A stretch of 33,643 nucleotides of DNA, taken from assembly GCA_002104905.1 (NCBI GenBank), contig MCFE01000816.1, forward strand, positions 1-33,643. Reading direction: 5' to 3'. The notes beneath the pieces were generated by a model, which made no database searches, was not told where the DNA came from, and saw nothing but the letters and a program-made list of their open reading frames with translations. The DNA comes from Basidiobolus meristosporus CBS 931.73 (lineage: Eukaryota; Fungi; Basidiobolomycota). This document shows positions 25,755 through 33,425 of this stretch, in pieces. Positions within the stretch are counted from its first letter, which is position 1. Each line of letters starts with the position of its first letter. The position numbers and the translations under genes were made by a program.

Positions 25755-27081
25755 GAAGCCAGCTGGTGCAAGGCTTCCATCCATGTTCATTTATGTATGT
25801 ATATTCTAATTGACCTGTGTGTGGATCACAACTACACTACCAAAAATAAATTGGCAAACATTTCGTTTATTCATAACAACCCACCAGAGCTGGTTCTAGA
25901 ATTACCGTAACTTTTGTTTCGCTTATCCATGCTAGGTGGAGGCCTTACATCAGGCATCTTAGTATACATAACAATGGATACGACGCTGCTTTCCAATATT
26001 GCTTCGTTCCGTCAAGTCAGGCTTGTCCAGTGATGGCAATGACTGCTTGCGGCAATCAGCATCCATCAAGGGCAGTTTCTGGGCATCTTGCTTGCTACAA
26101 GCGAGTAAGGGATACCCTAGATACAAACCCATAACATGTCTCGGTAGAAGCACAGTTGATCACGCTTGCTCTTTAATTCAATTCCCGGATTGGGGGCGTT
26201 CAATGGAGCTCGTTCATCTTTTTCTCTGAAAACCGAGCCCTGATTATGCATACATGGGATTATAGCGTGCAAACCGTTCGTCACAATACGTGTCGAGCCA
26301 CAGTATCATCTTGACATTTGGTGACAGCGGATCCTGACAGTGTAAGGGTGTAGATTGCTACCAGGGTGCTACGTATAGGTTATCCTGTTTCAAGCAATAA
26401 TATGCACACGGGAACGAGCAAAAAATTAACCTGATCTGGGGTTTGTAGACTGAGTAATTGCGTTGTATTTTGCTGAATACAGGTCTAAATGGAGCAGAGT
26501 GAACCTGCATCCTATCAAAACCAGCGATTTGTAGTACAGACTGTAAGGGATATCGGAATCTATCATCATTGCCAATTCCAAATCCTGTTGCTCCTTAAGG
26601 GGCAAATGGAACATACCATTGTTCAAGGTAAAGGATTTGCTATCCAGAACCCTTAAGAATTGAATTTCTAGTTCATCTCAACCTACCAGAACGGTTTTCA
26701 CCAAAAAAGTTGAGCATCCTCACAATAATGGAGGAGATCAAAGGCTATAGAAAATATGACTCCGGCTACTAAGGATATTATTAACAACGGTAGAAAAGGC
26801 ATCTGTCCATTTCCATTATCAGAGGGCTCTATGGCAAGGTTCAGATGCTAGCAGGGCAGCCCCCAGGCAATAATTATAGATATCATTCCTTGAATATCTC
26901 ATGGAGGTGTTTATATGGTCTTCTGGTAGATCAAGCCTGCTTACCGCTAGTTGGTACTCTATCTCATATCATTGCTAACAATGTTTTACTGCACTATGGG
27001 TAGGGGGGTGACAATTGTTGTAAAAATTTGTAATTCCACCTAAATATTCACCTTAGTAACTTAGATCATTACCTACAAATC

Positions 27082-27589
27082 TTAGGGTTAGGGGGGAGAT
27101 AGTCACCAAAAGGTTAAATCTTTATTTCAGTTGAAACAAAGAAGCCAGTGCTACTATTGTAGCTTTGATACAAGAGTGTGTAGCTGAGGGGAATTTGTAG
27201 GTAAGTTTACAAGAAGTGATGATAGTTCTTCAGTGCTCAAGACACTGTTCAGGGGGAAGGGGGGTAGCAAGAGGGGTAAGAATGATTTGTGAACAACATT
27301 AATGAGGGGAATGTGATAAGGATTGATATTCATCATAAAGGGAGTGTGCTGCTGCAGATATTGCTGCCAAAGGTCTGTCAAGTACTTCAGGTAGGCCAGC
27401 TTGGGTTTTTCTGACTGCAGAATAAATTCAGCAAACTTCTTGACTTCAGGATCTCCAAGAATAGTTCTCCAGCAGGAGCCAGGTGTTGTGTGGTGTGTTC
27501 TCTTCCAGGCCTTAATCAGTGGGTTGTTGCAGTTGTAAAGTCTGAGGTATAATCTGGTTCTAAGGTAGAGAAGTCTGATCTTATAGGGC
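27082..27589 (-). mobile_element. Severely 5'-truncated copy of telomeric non-LTR retrotransposon family A (3' ~500 bp)
   Basis: Near-identical to 30362-30868. Starts after cttagggttag with the shared terminal motif and encodes the ORF2 C-terminus (ORF track 27154-27612). Confidence 0.9.
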
Positions 27590-28125
27590 TTAGGGGGGAG
27601 GAAAGTCACCAAGTGGTGAAATCTTTATTTACTTATGACAAGTATCTAAAGAAGCCATGTTAATCTGAAGTAATTCCTAGAAAGCTAGGTCTGAGAGATA
27701 TCTTCCTGGTAAGCCAGGTCTGAGAGTTGAGAAGCTGAGTGGTACTATATTTCCTAGTTAGCTAGGTCTGAGAGAGGTTTCCTGGAAAGCCAGGCCTGAG
27801 AAGTGAGAATCTGAATATATCTGAGCTAAGTTATACTGGTTTGCGGTAGCTGAATTGTGGCCAGAATAGCCAGTAGACTGGGGGAGCTGAGATGAATATC
27901 TGGGCGATCACTGGCCAAATTTACTAGGCAAATCTGGCCAATTAGCATTTCAAGGATTTCAGCCAATCAAAGCCTTTACTTTGCCCAATGGTTGATCAAG
28001 CCATCTCCCAATGAGCACACATCAATTTTGTTAATCAAATTTTTGCTGGATCCAGGATTTGAACCTACAACCATGGGTATGGAAGGGTTAGGGATAACCA
28101 CAAGGCTAAGTGTTCTTGGTTCAAC
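27590..28125 (-). mobile_element. Non-coding telomeric retroelement copy 1, candidate tRNA-derived SINE
   Basis: Near-identical to 32897-33425 and carries the shared 3' motif. Minus-strand A-box-like TAGCCTTGTGGTTA at 28108-28095 and B-box GGTTCAAATCC at 28065-28055. No long ORF. Confidence 0.75.
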
Positions 28126-28225
28126 TTAGGGTTAGGGGGATGATCATCACCAAAGGGTGAAATCTTTATTTAAATAATAAATAAAGAAGCCAAGTTTGCA
28201 TATGAATATCTGAGATGCAGGAAGC

Positions 28226-29026
28226 CTACAAGATAAACTTGGACTTTGCTGTATCCCAAATATCCTCAATATCAAAGTCTAGAGGAGAGTGTAGCAAGAC
28301 TGCTTGTTCACTGTAGTATTTCTTGAGGAAGTTTGTGACTTGAAGGGAAGGAGAGTTTTTCAACAAGCTGGTAAATCTTTTGAGGAGTTCTTTTTCCAGA
28401 GAGAATGGCACAAAGAGTGGAATGTCTAAATGATGTCTGAATATATGCTCTGAGAGCTCCCAATCCAGCATATTTTTGACTTCTTCTGTAAAATCTTCAA
28501 CAATATCTTTGTCAAGAATAACTTCCAAGAGATCCCTGGCAATGTACTGAATGTTAATAATCTTAGGCATATGAATACCTAGGTCCTTGAGGTAGTTTCT
28601 TTGTTCTGATATTGGGAGATATCCTGCATTTCTGAAATAGCAAACAGCCCAGTTGGCAGTAAGAGGAGTATCAGGGCTGACAGGGAATCTTCTTCTGGCT
28701 TTAGAGTGCACTGGCTTAGGAGACTGTCTTGATGGAAGGGCAGCTGGTTTTGGATGAGCTTGAACTGCTTGGGAGTAGGTCTGAGTACAAGTAGTAGAAG
28801 TTCCTGGTTGCTGAGAATTTTCAGATTGACTGGATGAAGAGCTAATTGAGGGGTTGCAAGGTAAGGAAGAAGATGAAAGAGAAGTGGAGAGGGCTGGGTG
28901 AAGTTCAGAAAGAGTTTTAAAAAGAATTTGGATCTGAGATTTCAACATTGAGTTTTCAGCTTCAAGAAGAGAAACTCTTTGTTCAAGGTAAGAGGTCTGT
29001 AAAGAGTGAAAGTTGGGTAAAGACAT
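28226..29026 (-). CDS. Gag/ORF1-like protein (coiled coil, low-complexity linker, RRM-like block)
   Basis: N-terminal coiled coil LEQRVSLLEAENSMLKSQIQILF, Ser/Pro-rich linker with YSQAV, then RNYLKDLGIHMPKIINIQYIARDLLEVIL, which I recall resembles the ORF1 domain of zygomycete LINEs. The family assignment is from memory, not from a search. Confidence 0.65.
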   Translation of the reverse strand: MSLPNFHSLQTSYLEQRVSLLEAENSMLKSQIQILFKTLSELHPALSTSLSSSSLPCNPSISSSSSQSENSQQPGTSTTCTQTYSQAVQAHPKPAALPSRQSPKPVHSKARRRFPVSPDTPLTANWAVCYFRNAGYLPISEQRNYLKDLGIHMPKIINIQYIARDLLEVILDKDIVEDFTEEVKNMLDWELSEHIFRHHLDIPLFVPFSLEKELLKRFTSLLKNSPSLQVTNFLKKYYSEQAVLLHSPLDFDIEDIWDTAKSKFIL

Positions 29027-29073
29027 GGAAGTAGTTAATAAGAAGAAAGGAGTAGTTGGGGTGGGAGGGTGGG

Positions 29074-29306
29074 AAAATAGGTAAGAAGAAAAGAGAGGAA
29101 AGATCTGAAATTGAAAATCTCAGAATTTATAGATGGATGGACAAGGGTAGAGGATTGATTAATCCAGGGTTAGGGAAAAAATAGGTAAGAAGAAAAGAGA
29201 GGAAAGATCTGAAATTGAAAATCTCAGAATTTATAGATGGATGGACAAGGGTAGAGGATTGATTAATCCAGGGTTAGGGAAAAAATAGGTAAGAAGAAAA
29301 GAGAGG
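29074..29306. repeat. 104-bp tandem repeat (~2.3 copies); each full copy ends in AGGGTTAGGG
   Basis: aaaataggtaagaagaaaagagagg starts at 29074, 29178 and 29282; telomeric 10-mers at 29166-29175 and 29270-29279. Confidence 0.9.
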
Positions 29307-29705
29307 GTGTAGGTGTTATAGTAAGGGCTAGGAAAAGGTTAGAAGAGCAGGGGGTCTGGGGGACGCAGTCCCCTAGAGAATAAAAAAGCAGGGGGTTTGG
29401 GGGATGCAATCCCCCATACTGCTCTTATACTCTTTAAATTCCCGTTGGATTACTTTTCTCTCATTCTTGGTTCTGGTCCCTTAGGGTTAGAATTCCTCCT
29501 CCTAACCCTTATCACCCTAACCATAAATATTTTTACCCTACAATTGGCACATTGTCTGCTCATATGGTGGGCATGTCTGGGCCAATATTTGTCTCCCTAT
29601 ACTGTCCATACGCTCTGTATAAGTCTTGATGACTATTTAATTAATAAATTGTTATTTTTAATATATATCTAATAATTAATGGGATTCATCCCAATCTGAC
29701 CACAC

Positions 29706-30361
29706 TTAGGGGGAGGGAAAGTCACCAAGTTGGTGAAATCTTTATTTGAGTTAAGAACTAATCTAAGTACAAATAAAGAAGCCAATTAAGAGGTCTAGAA
29801 CCTCTCTAATAAGTAATCTAATCTATGTTTTGTTTCATCTCTAATGTTTGTTTCAATAAAGTAAAGCTCATCAGGGGTAAATATAAAATTCAGGGGTTTT
29901 GGGGGAAGTACAAATTGTAGATGTTTCTGATCAATATAATCCAAGACTGGAACCCAGCCTGGGATTAGGTGTAGTAGGAAAGGTGTGTGGACTTGTAAGT
30001 AGCTCTGCCACATAGATCTTAGATGGTCCTGAGCCAGTAGTCTTGGTTTCTCAGCTTTTTGAAGTTTTGAAGCAAGCTCGGTTACTACAGCAGAGCCAAC
30101 CAGGGTGTGCCAGCAAGAAGATTTCAGGGAGGAGTTAGATTGAAGCCATTGTTTGATGGAGGGGTTATGTGATTTCTGAAGTTTGACTAGGAAGGAAGCC
30201 CGGAGATAGATCATTCGGATTTGGTATGGGTAGAACCCAAAGGCTCCATTAGTTGCATGGATATAGGGAGATACTGGAAGATAAGGTACCAAGGATCTGA
30301 TACACTGATGGAGAAATTTATCCAGGCGGTGAAGTTCTCTGGAGGTAAGGGGTATAATGTG
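29706..30361 (-). mobile_element. 5'-truncated copy of a second, diverged telomeric non-LTR family (family B), ORF2 C-terminus only
   Basis: ORF 29795-30385 aligns by eye with the family A C-terminus (LTSRELHRLDKF vs LTSRDCTKLDKF; GAFGFYPYQIR vs GAFGFMPYKIR; HTPF; LPPKPLN vs LPPFPLN). It carries the shared 3' motif. Confidence 0.85.
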
Positions 30362-32896
30362 GGTAGGGGGGGAGACAGTCACCAACAGGTGAAATCTTTA
30401 TTTCAGTTGAAACAAAGAAGCCAGCGCTACTGTTGTAGCCTTGATACAAGAGTGTGTAGCTGAGGGGAATTTGTAGGTAAGTTAATAAGAAGTGATGATA
30501 GTTCCTCAGTGCTCAAGACACTGTTCAGTGGGAAGGGGGGTAGCAAGAGAGGTAAGAATGACTTGTGAACAACATTAATAAGGGGAATGTGATAAGGATT
30601 GATATTCATCATAAAGGGAGTGTGCTGCTGCAGATATTGCTGCCAAAGGTCTGTCAAGTACTTCAGGTAGGCCAGCTTGGGTTTTTCTGACTGCAGAATA
30701 TAGTGAGCAAACTTCTTGACTTCAGGATCTCCAAGTATAGTTCTCCAGCAGGAGCCAGGTGTTGTGTGGTGTGTTCTCTTCCAGGCCTTAATCAGTGGGT
30801 TGTTGCAGTTGTGAAGTCTGAGGTATAATCTGGTTCTAAGGTAGAGAAGTCTGATCTTATAGGGCATAAACCCAAAAGCACCAAGAATAGCATGTCTGTA
30901 GGGGCATTCAGGCAAATGAGGCACCAAGGAGGTAATGCACCATACTGCAAACTTGTCAAGCTTAGTGCAGTCTCTAGAAGTAAGAGAGAGAAGTGGTAAG
31001 CCAAATTCCAGGACAGGGAAGACAAACTGCTTGAGTAGAAGGAGGCAGCTGGGAGCTGAAGTTGTAGGAGGAGTAACAGCCAACAGCTTGTGGAGTGCCT
31101 GTCTTGCAAGGATAATTCTCTTCTTCAGGTGTGCTCCAGAGTCTAGTCCAGTAGGAAGGAAAGGAAAGCCAAGATATGTAGCAGAAACCTGAGCAGGTAG
31201 AGTGGAGTTCTCCAGGTTGATGGGAGAGCCCAAAGGTACTGTCTTTGCAATGGAAAGCTGGAGATTATTCTTCTGCAGATACTGGTGGATGGTCTGGGAG
31301 TCTTGTTGCACATTGGAGGAGGATATTCTGATGTCATCAGCAAAGAGAGTAACCAGGCAGTCAGCTGAGAGTCTTGGGAAGTCATTCAGGAAGATGGCAA
31401 ACAGTATAGGACCAAGCACAGAGCCTTGAACCACTCCATTAGGAACTGAGAACACAGCTGATTGCTCACTTGGGTGCAGAATTCTTGCTTGTGGATCCAG
31501 AAACAGAGACCTGACAAGGAGGGTGAGAGAGGTACTGGAGAAGCATTGCAACTTGGACCAAAGCAGATTTCAGTCAACTGAATCAAAGGCCTTAGTTATA
31601 TCAAACAGAACAGAGGGATACTTGCACTGGAGAGAGTGATCTTGGCTAAGTATGACTGCATATTCCAAGGAGAGGCCAGGAACAAAGCCAAACTGTGCAG
31701 GATGAAACTTGAGGGAGTCAGAGTAGAGCTCCTGAGCAAGCAGAAGCTCAAACACCTTTCTGCAGGTGGGCAGCAGAGATATTGGCCTGTAGGAGCTAGG
31801 ATCCAGGTGCTTTCCTTTACCCTTGTACAGTGGCAGAACATTTGCAAAGGACCATTCCTCAGGAGTAGAAAGCTGGGCTGAGCATTGCTGAAACAGTGGA
31901 AGCAGAAGTGCAGACATGGCCTTGGTACTAGTCTTCAGAAGCTCATAAGAGATTGTGTCCACACCTGGAGCTGTAGAGTTGGGAAGCCTCTTGAGCACAT
32001 TATGGATTCTCCTTTGATCAAGTGCAAGTGGGATGGGCAGAGTCTTGAAGTCAGGATGAAAGCCAGGAGTTGAGTACTGCTTTGTAGAGAAGAAGATGTT
32101 AGCCAGCTGTTCTGTTGAAGGTAACTTCCTGGAAGAGGGCCTCATTGCCCTGTAGAGTCTTGATACTGTTCTTGTTATAGAGTTGGAAGATTGCAGAGGC
32201 AAAGAACTCATAATATGATCCCAGAGCTGAGTATGCAGAGTGTGGTGAATTGCCTTGAAGTGGTGTATTGCTGTCAGGAGGAGTTTCTATGTTTTTGGGT
32301 TAGGGAAACTCAGGTAGCTTTGTTGCAGGGCTGAAACAATTGATTCCCATTTTCTTGAGGTAACAGCAGTAGTCTTGCATGGCAGTGAGAGGGAGGCAGA
32401 CACCAGAATCAGATGCTTCACAAAGAGCCAGGCATAGTTGAGATCATCTGGCAGAGAAAGTAGCAAACTGGCAAGCTTCAAGTAGTTCCCAAAGTCTTTC
32501 TTCTGATTCTTGGTAGCTTTGTGGGTGAGCACAGTAAGTTTTGGCAGCTTCTTCTTCACAACTGGTTGCATAGAAAGGGACCAGGCTGGGTGGTCAGAGG
32601 CTCTCAAGGATCCTAGCTCAGCTCCAGAGAATTGCTTGACTTCATTCACAAAGTAGAGGGCAGCAGCAGAAGGGCAGATCCAGTCAACACATCTTTTCTC
32701 AGATTGAGCACCCAGTGCTAGCAGATGGCTTTCTCTCAGGAAGTTCAGTAGGAATGTGGACCTTGGCTTCATTCTTGCAGTCAGAGTAGTCTTGTTCTCA
32801 GGATGGGGAATGTTGAGATCTCCAAGCAAGATAACAGGTGTTGATATAGATTGCTGGTATTGCTGAAATTTCTGGCATATAACTTGCACTTCCTGA
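30362..32896 (-). mobile_element. Long 5'-truncated copy of telomeric APE-RT non-LTR retrotransposon, family A
   Basis: APE C-terminal motifs (VILLGDLN, VDWI, SDH) and RT motifs (APGVDTI, SYRPISLL, QFGF, DITKAFDSV, GVVQGSVLGP, LFADD, YLG). Flanked by telomeric junctions at ~30362 and 32897. Confidence 0.93.
30427..32889 (-). pseudogene. ORF2 (APE endonuclease + reverse transcriptase) in one frame, with two in-frame stops and the N-terminus truncated
   Basis: ORF-track segments 32287-32889, 31570-32211 and 30427-31551 share one frame. Stops are TAG at 32287-32289 and TGA at 31570-31572, the latter at the usual Arg position of AFDSVD(R). No RNase H or C-terminal CCHC motif is visible. Confidence 0.9.
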
Positions 32897-33425
32897 AGGG
32901 TTAGGGTTAGGGGGGAGGAAAGTCACCAAGTGGTGAAATCTTTATTTACTTATGACAAGTATCTAAAGAAGCCAAGTTAATCTGAAGTTATTCCTAGAAA
33001 GCTAGGTCTGAGAGATATCTTCCTGGTAAGCCAGGTCTGAGAGTTGAGAAGCTGAGTGGTACTATATTTCCTAGTTAGCTAGGTCTGAGAGTGGTTTCCT
33101 GGAAAGCCAGGCCTGAGAAGTGAGAATCTGAATATATCTGAGCTAAGTTATACTGGTTTGCGGTAGCTGAATTGTGGCCGGAATAGCCAGTAGACTGGGG
33201 GAACTGAGATGTATTTCTGGGCGATCACTGGCCAAATTTACTAGGCAAATCTGGCCAAGTAGCATTTCAAGGATTTCAGCCAATCAGAGCCTTTACTTTG
33301 CCCGATGGTTGATCAAGCCATCTCCCAATGAGCACACATCAATTTATTAATCAAATTTTGCTGGATCCAGGATTTGAACCCACAACCATGGGTATGGAAG
33401 GGTTAGGGATAACCACAAGGCTAAG
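32897..33425 (-). mobile_element. Non-coding telomeric retroelement copy 2, candidate tRNA-derived SINE
   Basis: Near-identical to copy 1. B-box at 33380-33370 and A-box-like at 33423-33410; lacks the outermost ~15 nt present in copy 1. Confidence 0.75.

Larger units (their letters stand above)
28126..29705 (-). mobile_element. Stand-alone Gag/ORF1-like telomeric retroelement unit; 5' boundary uncertain
   Basis: One intact 266-aa ORF followed ~35 nt later by the shared 3' motif and a telomeric junction at 28126. The upstream ~680 bp are non-coding and contain tandem repeats. Confidence 0.75.

Noticed and set aside
27938-28012. Four CCAAT boxes at 22-25 nt spacing in SINE-like copy 1
   Set aside because: Only two persist in copy 2, and one appears to arise by CG to CA decay (cccgat to cccaat).
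28050-28115. Functional tRNA gene in the non-coding unit
   Set aside because: Only the A/B boxes and a partial T-arm fit; the acceptor, D and anticodon stems do not pair. It is treated as a tRNA-derived head.
30221-32073. Plus-strand ORFs overlapping the RT element and other short ORFs antisense to real genes
   Set aside because: These are shadow ORFs on the opposite strand of coding sequence, with no recognisable motifs.
30427-32889. RT as telomerase (TERT), Penelope/Athena or LTR-type RT
   Set aside because: The motifs (QGSVLGP, FADD, upstream GDLN/SDH APE motifs) are those of APE-type non-LTR elements. No TERT T/CP motifs, GIY-YIG, integrase or LTRs were seen.
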